DNA of 63,510 nucleotides, the filler included, from Nemertoderma westbladi (lineage: Eukaryota > Animalia > Xenacoelomorpha), in the NCBI GenBank assembly GCA_032718475.1. It is 4 parts of 4 records of this genome, joined end to end, with 100 filler letters (N's around TTAATTAATTAA, not from the genome) between each part and the next. Parts side by side here need not be neighbours in the genome. Positions count along the whole stretch, not along the records: positions 31,771 to 50,092 come from JAUCBJ010002840.1; positions 50,193 to 57,590 come from JAUCBJ010001141.1; 2 more parts are not named here. One strand, 5' to 3'. Both the position numbers and the translations under genes were made by a program. Positions 37,991-51,960 of the stretch are shown piece by piece (positions within the stretch are counted from its first letter, which is position 1; the number at the start of each line of letters is the position of its first letter). A model generated the notes under the pieces. It worked only from the letters and a program-made list of their open reading frames with translations, was not told the DNA's origin and made no database searches.

Positions 37991-39197
37991 AAAACATCAA
38001 GTTGCCTACTTCATCCAGCTTACGTATTCCATGGCGTGCATGATATTGCCTAGCTGAGAACCAGGGTTGGCAGAACCAACAATACCCGGGTTTTTTGGGT
38101 TGTGTTTTTCTGGGATTTTTTGAGTTTTAATAACCAGTAAATTGGGGTTTTCTGAGTTTTATATTTTAGAATGCTTAAGAGTGTTTTGTCAGCTGGTGTG
38201 CCTTATCAGCTTCGTGCAACATGTTTATTGTTTACATGTTACATATTAACAATATTATTGTTATTATTTTATAGTAGGTCTGTTCACATGTTCGTAGGCC
38301 TACTTACTTGGAACATAAATATGACAATAACATTTAAATTGTAATTAATGGTTTTGAATATTAATTCAAAATACTTTTATATATTTATTTATTGTAATAC
38401 AGTAGGAAGCAAAATAATGTTATGAATATTGATATTGAATAATAAATGAATATTGATGTTTCTGTACAACTTACAACATCTCTCATCATTGTCATTGTCC
38501 TCCTCTTCCTTCCAAGCCACCATGACCTGTATGGGCTATTTTGTTCTTTGGGGACCATCATTTTTGATGTCCTAATTAAATGATACAGGTATTCCTGTCT
38601 TGTAGAACTTTTTCCCGGTCGTAGGCCATGTCCGTCCGGTCCCAACCCCTTTACTTCCGCGACGCGTCTACAAAAGGGAAGGACCAACTGCTCCAGACGG
38701 CTAGACCATATAGAATAACTTTTCATTTTATAAAAACAACGACTTTTTAAAGTCACAAATTTCGGGTCCGCAGAGGCCCTCAAAGCAAAGTTTCGGAGTT
38801 CGGCCCCTATTTATTTTTTCAAAATGCATTCAAAATAAACCTTTTCATCGAAATCGGAGACAAAAAATTTTCGGATTTTTTTTTAAATTTCTATGCCCGC
38901 GGGGTCAGCGTTTTTTTTTCGATTTTTTAAGCTCAAAACTTTTTCTCAGAATCGGCCGAAATATTTGGGGTCGCCGACTCCGAATTTCAAGTCAGTTTCG
39001 CATTTCGACTTCCGGTTCGACATTTATAGGCGCCGAAAGTTCTGGAATTTTTACATAACTTTTAAATTTTTTTCGTAAACACTAAATCGTGAAATCTTAG
39101 TCTTCAGCAAATAAATAATGTATAACTACTTTGGCATACGGCCTCAGTAGTTATACTTATACAGATTAACTTACTTCAGGTATTATATCCGTAAATT

Positions 39198-40359
39198 CAG
39201 GCCCGTATGGTGATCATAATATCTGGGGGGGCAGAGGCCAAATCTGGGGGGCAAACCCTTAACTGGGTTTGTGGGAGCATACAGCAAAGTGAGAGCTAAT
39301 TTAGTACATAAAGTAAAGTCAATATTGTTGAAGAGCGTGCGGGGCAAGCCACGAAGTTGGCGGAACCTTGGTGAACTGACACTGTCAGTAATGTCATGTA
39401 ATGTTATGTTATTTATGTTATTATGTTATGTTGTTTAGTAATGTTATTATGAGTATGTCAATAATGGCAAATAGTTGTTGACCTAACGATTTCATTAACG
39501 TAACATTCAAATAACTTTGTCAGATTTAAAGCTGTCGAATTAAAAATTTGTAGGCATAAATATGTCCAAAACTTGACATTATTTAGCGACTTTCGACACC
39601 AACAGTTCAGCAGTCTCCCGGTAGATGGCTAGATGTCTAAGCATTAAATGTCCTCCCATTTCTTTGCTTTTAATCCGTTTCAGCGGAAACTTGGCAGAAT
39701 TGTACCAGACCATTTGCTGTGTCATTTAATATTTTTCTGAGGTCTTAAATCGACTGCAGATTTCAAGACTGCCTCTAGGTGTAAAGTGATCAAGGGACAG
39801 CTGCTTAGATTTTGCTTATATTTCTTTCGCGTTGGCACTTCCATAAGAATATGTCACGTGCTGCGCGAAGGACCCACTTCAGGTATAATATGGTTAAGGT
39901 TAAGTTACAACAAATTATATGGATACCAGCGCAAGCAACCCTCAGCGCGTAGCCTTTTAGCTGCAAGCTGGCTCCCAAACTACAGTCAAATAGACAATGG
40001 GTCAACAACAAAAAACCCCTGGTAGCCAATGAGAGAACCTGGAGCTTTCGGGTATTTTTAGTAATTACAGGTAGGTAGGTTAATGTCATGTAGTATTATA
40101 TAATTGTACCAAAATGGGATGTTGGGGTGTAGGTCAGTGTGTAGAAGTGTGTATCAATTATTATAAGTGTGTATCCTATTATAAGTGTATCAATGTGTAT
40201 CCAATAATATTGATCACTGGGGTCAACAACAAAAATATTATTATTAATTAATTGTGAATATGACGAGTGAACAAGACATGTCTGGGGGGGGGGGGGGGGG
40301 CAGCGGGACTTGTCTGGGGGGGCAGTGCCCCCAAAGCCCCCCCGCACGATACGGGCCTG
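39198..40359. mobile_element. Non-autonomous hAT-type element
   Basis: TIR caggcccgtat / atacgggcctg, perfect 8-bp TSD cgtaaatt (39190-39197, 40360-40367), and G-rich subterminal motifs. Confidence 0.85.
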
Positions 40360-40462
40360 CGTAAATTCCATTCTGGAACATACAGGATTTTAGTATATTT
40401 ATATATTTCTCTGCATATGACTATTTGATTGGTGATTGGTTTTATTGCGATTTTCCAGTTAA

Positions 40463-40942
<480 letters not shown>

Positions 40943-41366
40943 TAAATTGTTACACCCATAGTATTACATTGATTTTACTTTTTTTCCCGGTGAAAAAAAG
41001 TAAAATAAAATATTTTTGGTGGAATTTTTTTAAATTTTATTACTTGCGCTGATAGAGCACTGAAGTATAAAAGGTTTGCAAGTAATTTGAGCAAATTGCG
41101 TTATATTTTATTAAAGAATTAAGCAACAAAAAGGTACCAAATTAAGAATAAAATTACGTATTACATGGGGAAAAAAACGTAGAACATTTTTTTTTCAATG
41201 CTCTCGACCCTTTATTAGCCTCGCTGGCGCTCGGTAAATAAAATGCCTCCGAATAGTGAAAAAAAGTTATACTTATTTCCTATTTCCCCATGTATAGGTA
41301 ATAATAATAAATAATAATCTTCTCGTTTTTTTCCCGCATTATCTCTAATAATTTTCCTACTTTCAG

Positions 41367-41692
41367 TATTTAACGTCGGCGACTACCGTCGCCATTTCGT
41401 CAAGGATTACCAGGGCGACAACTTCTTCGACCCAAACAACGAGGATGCCATGCGCGTCCGCGAGGAGTGTGCGCAGGCCGCGTTGGGCGACATGGAGCGG
41501 TGGTTCCAGACCTCGGACGGTATAGTCGCGGTGTTCGACGCGACCAACACGACGCGACACCGTCGCACCGACATACAGGAGTTCGCGGAGAAGCGCGGCT
41601 ACAAGACCTTGTTCTGCGAGTCGGTCTGCGACGACGAGAAGTTGTTGTTGGCCAACATCGAGGAGGTTAAGATCCGCAGTCCAGATTATAAG
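41367..41692 (+). CDS. PFKFB: PFKFB kinase-domain exon
   Basis: VFNVGDYRR...VAVFDATNTTRHRR...LFCESVCDD...NIEEVKIRSPDYK. Acceptor tttcag, GT donor, and phases match the neighbouring exons. Confidence 0.96.
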
Positions 41693-42119
41693 GTTGGTGG
41701 ACTCAGATTTTAGGTTGATCGACTCGTAGTGTGTTTTAGGTTGATCGACTCTTAGTGTCTACGATTTTTCTTCCGTCCGAGCGCAACCCAGCATCACCCT
41801 GCGGGGACTACGGATGCGATTTACCGGCCATCGTATAAAGCTGTTTGGTGGCCGCTAGCGAGCTGAAACGTGGTGGGCAGCCATTGGATGGATCGTGATA
41901 ATAACACGGCTGATCGCGATCTGTTGAGTTTGCGGGTTATTGATGTGGCCAATGTAATATGTTGTATTGTATTGTATTGAATATCAGCAACTATTCGCCT
42001 AAATTAGGTGAAAGTCGGTGTGTGTGCGACCGTCCGTATGTGATGAGTAGTTAGTTCTAGTAGAATAATTTAAGAATTACAACCAAGCTGGAAATACTAC
42101 AAGATCTACACCAAGGTTC

Positions 42120-42392
42120 CATCTTGGTGTTATGGTCGCATTGAATTCACATCTCCTGTAGGTCGTGGGTTCGATCCTCACATGGGCCAGGGCAGTTTTC
42201 GTTCCGTCACGAATGCTTTAAAGGGACCAGCCAGGGCGCATCTCTGCCTTGCATCCTTAAGTGGTAGCTAAATGAGTACTGGAGTTTCCTCTGGGGAGGA
42301 AAGTTCTGGGGGGACCGCAATGGAAATAAGTCGTCAGACTTTGTGCTTAAAATCCCTGGCCTAGCGGCCGAAGAAAATTTACTTTACTTTTG
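42120..42392 (+). mobile_element. tRNA-derived SINE in a PFKFB intron
   Basis: A-box-like tggtgttatgg, B-box ggttcgatcc, body motif gccttgcatccttaagtggtagctaaatgagtac, and short tandem tail tttactttactttt. A second copy lies at 31596. Confidence 0.8.
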
Positions 42393-42567
42393 GAAATCAA
42401 AATTAGTACAATAATTCAAAGAAAATTCAACATCAAATAACTTTCAGTTTATTTATAGTGTTTGTTTTATGAGTGTTTATATATATAGTGTTTGGTATAT
42501 GTTTTATGAATTCAGTTGAGTAGGTTATACATTACGTACGGCTACAATGTCGTTTTTATCTCCCCAG

Positions 42568-42659
42568 TCGATGGATAAAGATAAAGCGGTTGCGGATTTC
42601 TTTAGAAGAATAAATCATTACAAGTCGCGATATGAGCAACTGGATGTCGTTTTGGATAA
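42568..42659 (+). CDS. PFKFB: PFKFB kinase-domain exon
   Basis: SMDKDKAVADFFRRINHYKSRYEQLDVVLD. Acceptor ccccag, donor GTAAGT, phase 0-2. Confidence 0.93.
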
Positions 42660-42985
42660 GTAAGTTTGTTATAACGATAACCTGAGGTACAATTATATAT
42701 GGCCACTTAATTGTAATTTTAAATATAAATTTTTACAGTTTCCAGACTTATTTATCGTTTTATTTCCGATATTAATTAGAATCTAAGTATCAAACTAAAA
42801 CTCATCCTTCCCAAATATAACTTTTCTGAGAATTTCCTGAGCGTATAATGTGGAAAATTACAAAAATGGGATATTTGGTAAATAACCAATTAAAATAAAT
42901 AATAAAACTTTATTGGAAAACAGTTTACCAGTATAACCAATTGAGAATTTGAAGTTGTATCGTCCTTTTAGTATTAGTTTTCAAT

Positions 42986-45900
42986 TAGGGATGTCCCGGA
43001 ATCGATATTTTGATTCCGGCCGGAACCGGAATTCAACATGCCGGAATATTCTGGCCGGAACCGGAATTTTTGTGTAGTCAGTGAACTACACAAAATTACC
43101 CATGAAACTTTATAATTTTTTGTGAAATAATATTAATTTCTAAAGCCAAGTTTACTAATGAGATCAACCAGCACCTTGGGAGGAGTTTTGGTGGGAGAGT
43201 GGCCTAGCCCAGAAGCAGGATAAATTTATTTTGGGGCTGGGATGGGGGGGGGGGGGTACTTTGGCTTTAACCCAACACCCTATCTGGCCTGGTATATTTT
43301 TACTGTAATTGTCCCTGGGGGGATTGTCATTTTGAAATTTCGAAGTTATAGGGTTTTCGAGGTCGCTGATCAGTGATCTAGTGAAAAATATTATATGGTA
43401 GGGTGACTATCACATTTTATATCTTTCGTGCCAAATTGGCACATGTCCAAAAATGCCACAATGAATCGGATATTATATGAGTGTCATATTCATGATCAGC
43501 ATCCCAAAAAACCCAGAATGTCATAAAATTAGTTTGATTTGGTTGTGATAACATTCCATTATCATCTTTGCACTACTTGTTTTTTTCGTGCCCCAGGGGG
43601 CGCATTCAAAATTACTAGAAATTTTCTGGAATGTTATATTAGAGTTCTACAATCGTGATCATCATCTACAAAACCGCTATGCCTATATACCGCAAATAAA
43701 TTAATTTTTGCGAGCCATTAAAACTTTAGAAAAAATTATCACACAAAAATATTCGAGATGAGTGCCAGAATTGGACTACAGCACGAAAACTACATAGCTA
43801 TGTTTTTGGCATTTGCGCTAGTGGATAGCTTATTAAATTTTAGGAAAAGTTTCCACCATACAGTGCTAAATAACAACAGCCTCATTATTCCACCAAAACC
43901 CATCATCATCCCGAACAGCCTGGCTCAAAGTTACAGATGAATTACAAAAAATTTATAAAATTGACCACCCCGACCTAAACCCATAACCTTGGCCAAAAGT
44001 TAGGTTTTTGGGTTCATACCTAAAAAGTAAAAACCAACGACTCCCAAAAATGTAATGTAATATTAATTGCTTTTGTGCAATAATATCCTGGTGTCGTTAA
44101 TGGAAAGTAGCAGGTTACAGTGGCATGTAATTCTAACCAAATCAATAAACGACAGTCAAAATGACATGTTACAGTTTAATTTTTGCTGGGAAGTAAATAA
44201 ATTTGTGGTAAGAAATATATTTTCTGTAGAAATAAAATTACTGTATTACGCAGCACCTAACGCTAACGCTGCAGGACCTAATTAAAATTGTTATTTATTA
44301 AACCAAAATAATGGTACGATTGTAAAACTATATAAGCATTAAGCAAGCAAGCAGTAAAATCCAAATATACTATACATAAATAATATAATATTTACACAGT
44401 TATAAAACAATTTTAAATCAGAGTTTGTTGGCCCAGTACGTAAGGGGGTGGTGGTTGCTCGGGCAACTAAGGAGATGGTACGTGTCCGCCGGCCTCCCGC
44501 AGAGACTACACACACAGTCATTCCCCGCCTCATGAAATTCTGTGGGTCTGGATCTACAAATTCGGAAATGGAAACCGTGAAGAGCAAAGCGGGTTATGGT
44601 GTGCCTCTTACGACAATTTGCGATTGTCCAACTGCGATTTATGAACGCGATACTGTTCCAGAACTCTACTGGGATTTCACGAGTTTTGTCTTCGACTTCA
44701 GCGGTGTATTTTTTGAATACATCCGTGTCTGTTAAATTTAGTTGACCTTTAAGTACCATAGAAAGATTTCGCGAATCACAGAGAGCGTGAACTAGCCGAT
44801 TCCTAGACGATTTGTGAACTGAAAGTACTCTTTTGAGGAAAGCAGCTTGGATTTTATCGATACTATGAAGGTTGTTGACTGACAAGAAAGGCCAAATTTC
44901 GCGAAGTCCATACATAACTATCGGTGTTACTTTTAAGGAAAAAAGCTTTTTAGCTGTGCTAATAGATAGTAGATGTGGTTTCTGGATTGACCGTATTGTG
45001 GAAAGTGATTTGCAGACTATTATATTTATGTGCTTTGTGAATTTCAAGGACGATTGAAATGTGACTCCCAAATATTTTCACCTCGTTTCCGTTGTAGAAA
45101 AATTTATCCTGAGCGGACAGTCGGCCACCTCTCCTAAATTTCATTACGGAAGTCTTTGTAAGATTTACTTCAAGACCGTTTTCCCGGGCCCAATTAGCAG
45201 TTGCATTTAAACCAGCTTGCACTACCTCACGGGAGTCGCCATAAAATAGCAAATCATCCGCAAATAATAATATAAATAATTCCCCAATCTTGACGGTAAT
45301 ATCACGTATAAACTTCACAATATCGTAAATAAAAATTACGAACAGGAAAGGGCTCAAGCTGTCTCCTTGTAAAACCCCACGCACTTGTTTTATAATTCTA
45401 GAATTACGGAGGCCATCTGAAATTACTATATAATTAGGACTTAAAATCGATTTAATGATGTTAAAAAGTGAACCACGAATATTAAAATCAAACCATAACT
45501 TTAAGAGTAGTTTAGACCTGGGGACCGAATCAAAAGCTTTGCGGAAATCGACATAAACCGCGTACAATGGTTTTCGAGGGTATGACAAATTGCTATGAAT
45601 TTTATTAATAAACTGACTTAGAGGCATTGAGGTAGATTTCCCGGGACTGAAGCCGTACTGTTCGGGGGGTATTCTTTTGGAAACGAGACCTCGGAGTCGC
45701 TTTTCGATTAAACTCGTAAAGATTTTGTACGCGTTACATAAAAGAGAAATCCCTCTATAGTTGTTTGGATCTACGATTAATCCTTTTCCTTTGTATAGAA
45801 CAATCAACAAACTTTCTTTCCATGATTTTACGAGTGAACCGGTGGACAAACAAATGTTGAATAATAAAGTCCATAGAACTAATGTTGCTGGGAGCGCTCC

Positions 45901-47085
45901 TTTTATGAGTTCGTAGAAGAGTTTATCTGGACCCCCCGATTTGTTAGCTGATTTACTGTTGATTGCCGATGCGACTTCTGTGTCCGAAAATTCCTGAACG
46001 TCGTCGTCTAGTGGAGGAGAGTTTATTGTTGAGGAAGTACACTCATCGATCGCTGCAGAGATTTCAGCCTCAGCATTATCGTCGTAGAGGAGCTTTGTGA
46101 AATGATCCTCCCAAGTAGCTAAATCGACAGGGCATCCAGCAGATCCTCTTTGTTTCTTGCACCATTTGTACGCCTGTTTTTCTGCGTCGGCAATTAGCCT
46201 TTCTTCATTTCGAACTGCTGCACTCTTCTCTTTGTCCTTCAGAAGTGCTTTGTATTCGCGTTTTTTGGCACAGAGATTTTCCCGCAAGGAACTATCAAAT
46301 TGGGCGGCGGCGTTGAGTTCCAGAACCTCCTTCCTTTTAACAAAACATTCCGCGTCGAACCAGTGTTTCGATGTACGGTTCCAGGGGTTTTTTTGGGGGG
46401 CCGCGTCTTTTATTGACTCTGCCAGTAGGTCATAGGCGTCGTCTATATTATTTGCATCCAATAAATGGTTGACATCGACGAGCCGTGAATCATTCTGTAG
46501 TGTAGACAGATTGATTTCTCGTTTCCGCTTATTGTGTAGGGGTCTGTTGTCTGTCGATGGGGGTGTCTGAAGTGTCCATGTACAAACAAGTGGAATATGT
46601 TTGTGTTTGCGCAGTGGGTTGGGACAGTACTTCACGTTGTCAACTCCTTTATTGGAATACGCTACATCTATGACACTAGATCCATTGTGGCATATATACG
46701 TTGGTTTGGAAGGATCCGTTTGTAACATCAAACCAAAATCTTCCATCAATTCCTCCAACGCGTTGGCCTTAGCATTATCCTCGATGTCTAATCTCGATGC
46801 AGAACCTAATTAAGTATCATAGTAACATAAAGGACCCCTTTGTAAATGAGCTACAGCTTTAGGGGTAATACTATATGTATGTTGGGCAATACCTATTATA
46901 ATATTGTTATTGTTTTTACATAATGTGTGGTAATAATTTCACGAACTAATTGCAACTATTAAACTAGTTAGCTAACTGGCAATTCCGGTAAAATTCCGGC
47001 CGGGATTGATCCCATTCCGGCCGGAACCGGAATCTGGCAAAATCCGCCGGTATTCCGGCCGGAACGGAATTCAGGGACATCCCTA
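42986..47085. mobile_element. Non-autonomous hAT-type element carrying a nested LINE
   Basis: TIR tagggatgtccc / gggacatcccta, 8-bp TSD ttttcaat on both sides, and subterminal ccggaaccggaat repeats at both ends. Confidence 0.88.
44286..46803 (-). mobile_element. 5'-truncated non-LTR retrotransposon (end of APE + RT + C-terminal Cys/His motif), one frameshift
   Basis: ORF 44959-46758 has NYRGISLL, QYGF, VDFRKAFDSV, GVLQGDSLSPFLF and LLFADD. It continues after a frameshift near 45075 in 44418-45071, ending CSLC...HLLSC. AATAAA is in the 3' tail, and a 10-bp TSD acctaattaa lies at 44276 and 46804. Confidence 0.93.
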
Positions 47086-47261
47086 TTTTCAATAAATGTC
47101 ACAGTTTCAATTTCAATCAATTTCAGTTGCCACTTACTGTATATTGTAGTTTAACAAAGTGCTATAGAATAGCTTTTTATTTGAGAAACATCATTTAATT
47201 TAAATTGAGTTATCATTTTAACATAGCCAATATAGTTGTTGTCAATTGACTATCACATCTA

Positions 47262-47525
47262 GCTAGCTGCTGGAGTGGTCACTCACTTTGTTTTTATCTG
47301 GGAGGTCGCGGGTTCGATCCCGTCCCGAACCAGTTACAATTTCGTAACAGTTGCGCCAACCCAGCGACCTGCGACCCAGGACCTCAGCAAAGGGTTGGAT
47401 ATTAACGGAGTGTTCAACCTTAAGAGTTAGTGCGGCGCCCTCACTGCCTTATAGGTAACAGCCAAGAGAGAGAGGAACCATCGGGTTGCCCCCGGTGCCT
47501 CCACGTTCACCGATAACTTTACTTA
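47262..47525 (+). mobile_element. Second tRNA-derived SINE family
   Basis: A-box-like ctggagtggt and gaggtcgcgggttcgatcccg B-box, followed by a non-tRNA body and a ctttactta tail. Confidence 0.6.
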
Positions 47526-47750
47526 TACATATCGCACATCTTAGTATAGTCGGCCTGGGCATTGACGGCGGTGTGGAATTGAACTACTCACCTACATGTT
47601 GGGGGTTTGAAGGTCTAACCATCCTGCTATCATTATTATAAGCAATGGGTGGACTTCGAAACCACATGTTTCAACTTCATTAGTGTTATGCTGATTACAT
47701 GATTATGGCAGAAAAATTCAATCCCGGTCTCGATCCCGGAAATCCCGTAA

Positions 47751-47954
<204 letters not shown>

Positions 47955-47997
47955 TAAACTTTGTTATACTATAAACTATACTATAACTACTTATCCG

Positions 47998-49247
47998 TAG
48001 TATCCTAGGAACCTAGTATCATAGGGACCTTGTATCCTAGGAAATTAGTATCCTAGAAACCTAGTACCCTAGTATCCTAGGAACCTTGTATCCTAGGAAA
48101 TTAGTATCCTAGAAACCTAGTACCCTAGTATCCTAGGAACCTTGTATCCTAGGAAATTAGTATCCTAGAAACCTAGTACCCTAGTATCCTAGGAACCTTG
48201 TATCCTAGGAAATTAGTATCCTAGAAACCTAGTATCCTAGGAACCTTGTATCCTAGGAAATTAGTATCCTAGTACCCTAGTATCCTAGGAACCTTGTATC
48301 CTAGGAAATTAGTATCCTAGGAACCTAGTATCCTAGGGACCTTGTATCCTAGGAAATTAGTATATCCTAGGAACCTAGTATCCTAGGGACCTTGTATCCT
48401 AGGAAATTAGTATCCTAGGAACCTAGTATCCTAGGAACCTAGTATCCTAGAAACCTAGTACCCTAGGAACCTAGCATCCTAGGAACCTTGTATCCTAGGA
48501 ACCTAGTATCCTACGAACCTAGTATCCTAGGAACCTAGTATCCTAGGAACCTAGTATCCTAGGAACCTAGTATCCTAGGAACCTTGTATCCTAGGAACCT
48601 AGTATATTAGTAACCTAGTATCCTAGGAACCTAGTATCCTAGGAACCTAGTACCCTAGGAACCTAGTATCCTAGGAACCTAGTATCCTAGGAACCTAGTA
48701 TCCTAGGAACCTAGTATATTAGTAACCTAGTATCCTAGGAACCTAGTACCCTAGGAACCTAGTATCGTAGGAACCTAGTATCCTAGGAACCTAGTATATT
48801 AGTAACCTAATATCCTAGGAACCTAGTATCCTAGGAACCTAGTATCCTAGAAACCTAGTATCCTAGAAACCTAGTATCCTAGGAACCTAGTATCCTAAGA
48901 ACCTAGTATCTTAGGAACCTAGTATCCTAGGAACCTAGTATCCTAGGAACCTAGTATCCTAGGAACCTAGTATCCTAGGAACCTAGTATCCTAGGAACCT
49001 AGTATCCTAGGAACCTAGTATCCTAGGAACCTAGTATCCTAGGAACCTAGTATCCTAGGAACCTAGTATCCTAGGAACCTAGGAACCTAGTATCCTAGGA
49101 ACCTAGTATATTAGTAACCTAGTATCCTAGGAACCTAGTATCCTAGGAACCTAGTATCCTAGGAACCTAGTATCCTAGGAACCTAGTATCCTAGGAACCT
49201 AGGAACCTAGTATCCTAGGAACCTAGTATATTAGTAACCTAGTATCC
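47998..49247. repeat. 16-bp minisatellite (tagtatcctaggaacc, about 78 copies) in a PFKFB intron
   Basis: Direct reading. Core palindrome tcctagga. Confidence 0.97.
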
Positions 49248-50092
49248 AACTCCAAGATATATCTAAAAATGATTTTCAGACATCATCATCGGTATATTAT
49301 ATTTGAAACAGAAACATAAACAGGTCTCTGATTCAACTCTAATCATCTGTATTGTGGAAACCTGGAAAGGAAATAAATTTATTAAAATCAAATGAAATAA
49401 AAAACCAAAATCAGTTCAACATACTTCCTTCTGCTAGAGGTATAAAGAGCTAACAATTAAACCATTTCTTTGTTTCCGATCTGGTAAAGTTAGCCGGTGA
49501 TTTTTAGTTAATAAATGAGAGAGAACCTTTCTAGTGTGTAGTCACTTTGTCAGATAACATAAAAATAATGGGAGGGTTTTATTATTTTACTTTGATTTAT
49601 CATAAACCACATGGAATTTGTGCCAAATATGATAGAGTGAATAAGACAGTCTAAACTCTAAATCGTGGTTATTGATATCCCGGTTGTTCGATGAACGCCA
49701 TTGTATATAATTATAATAATCTTACTGTTTTATGATTATTACTTACTATTTAGTTATTTGATGCCAAAATTTCATGAGTACAGTATTGAGTTTAATTTGT
49801 TTTTGCTAAGTAAGTTATGGTTTACACGTGGTAAGTCGGCATTCGGTGAACATTAAGTGATTGTCGAATATCATTATTATTTTACATTTTCAATACTAAT
49901 TTCATAATTTTCAGTTATTTTTATTTTGAACTGCAATAATAATAATATTTAAACTATAAGTGTATCTACTCTACAGTAATCTATTGAAAGAATAATTATT
50001 TTTAATCTATTTTTTTAGTTGGTAATTATTAATTAAATTAAATAATAATATATACATATAAATATATTTGTATTAATATTATAATAACAATG

Positions 50093-50192
50093 NNNNNNNN
50101 NNNNNNNNNNNNNNNNNNNNNNNNNNNNNNNNNNNNTTAATTAATTAANNNNNNNNNNNNNNNNNNNNNNNNNNNNNNNNNNNNNNNNNNNN
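50093..50192. other. Assembly gap / artificial contig linker
   Basis: N44-TTAATTAATTAA-N44. Confidence 0.97.
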
Positions 50193-50389
50193 TCAGGGTG
50201 CAGCAATGCAGATAGCCGTAGTACAGTAGTACGTATGTACTGCTGTATAATCAGGAAGGATGTACCGATATCATAAAACATAATATAATAATAATAAGAT
50301 AAGCTACGCCATCTAGCAGGCCATAGGCGTAGGGCTTATGGTGATACTACACAAAGTTTATGTTTCATCCGAATGGACTGGTACATATT

Positions 50390-51960
50390 TTCAAAAATCC
50401 AGGGCTTTTCATTATTAATTATCTTAAACCTTTTTGAATGGGAAGCTGTCATTATACAAACTCTGGTAAATTTCCATAAATGTATCCAATGATTCATTTG
50501 GATCATTTTATGAAGTTACTTGATCCCAGCATTGGGTTTTCTGCAATTTATCCCAAAAAACTGCTTTATTTTTGTTTGACTTATCACGAGTTGTAATAAA
50601 GGTGTGTTGAATAAAATTACTTGTTGTTGTTGTTGAAATGCAATTTTGTATGAACAAAAACTGGTAAGTGGTCCGATATATTTGCAACAATAATGCCAGC
50701 AGTTTTAGTTAAGCTGAGATCATTTGTGAGTATATTACCAATGCACGTAGCTGTGGTATCAGTAACACGAGTAGATCGATCCAGATGTTTATCGATCAGC
50801 GGAAAGAAAAAATTTTGTGTTAAAATATCTAGGAATTCTAGAATTTTGGGGTTTGTGTTAATTTTTATTAAGTCTAAATTAAAATCGCCAAGGAGATAGC
50901 ATGTCTTGCCCTCTTTATTTATTTGATTAAGTGAAAATTTAAGACGATCAAAGAATTCTGAAACGTCTGTTTTTGGGGGGTGGTAAATGCAACCGACAAT
51001 AACATTTCTTTCTGCTTTACGTTTGTATTCAACAAATACTGCCTCAAAGGCAGTTGTAGGATTCTTAACTTGCTCAAGGTCCTTCCGCCGAGAATAAGTA
51101 ATATTTTCATTTATGAGTAGACTGCATCCACCATAACCATCATGTCCTGGAGGTCTCAGGCTATTCTCTACTTCGTAATTTTTAACACAAAAGTGATCTT
51201 TGTTAATTCTGGATAGCCGAGTTTCTGTTAAACCAATAATTACAAAAGGGTTGTTAATTATGTTTATTAAATTTTCCAAAGAGTCAAAATTTTATTCAAC
51301 ACTGCGAATATTTTCATGTAAAAGGATAAGGTTGTTATTTTTGTCATGTTCAAAAGTAGATACCAACTCTGAAAGATCAGCCCAGTATGAACACTGGATT
51401 TGGGATAATATTGATTTAAAATTTTTTTATCTGGGTCAGAATTGGCATCATGTTCAAAATTGTTATCTGGAAATTTATCAGAGTTGTTAAGTAAACTCAC
51501 TGTCTGTAAGGATAACACATCAATATTTAAGATAGCGGGTAATCTAAAATCATTTAGTGTTAATAAAAATGGACAATCACACACAATATTATTAAACGGA
51601 AAGATTTCAGAAACGCATTCAGGACAATACCAATCCGTATTATTTTTTAGGGCAACAAATTCTTTATGGAACAATTTATTGACACATCGATAGTGAACAA
51701 AGCGTTTACAACAAAGCGTTTACAACAAAGCATTTACAATAAAGCGTTTAACACAAAGCGCTTACAACAAAGCGTTTACAACACAGCGTTTACAACAATG
51801 CGTTTACAACAAAGCGTTTACAACAAAGCGTTTACAACAAAGCGTTTACAACAAAGCGTTTACAACAAAGCGTTTACATACACAACAACTCAGCACCGAA
51901 GTATTACTAGGCCTAACATTCTTAGCACATACCAAGCACACACCACCACTACCAAAATTC
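50390..51960 (-). mobile_element. CR1/L2-group LINE ORF2 5' part (PHD finger + AP endonuclease), degenerate
   Basis: PHD CLVC...CCVC..H..C...WYCPEC then IFPFNNI. APE motifs IIGLTET, VGCIYHPP, LLGDFNLD and ISDHLPVF (50617-51279). Confidence 0.88.
51697..51878. repeat. 14-bp tandem repeat (acaaagcgtttaca, 13 copies) inside the LINE PHD finger
   Basis: Direct reading; 182 bp. Confidence 0.93.
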
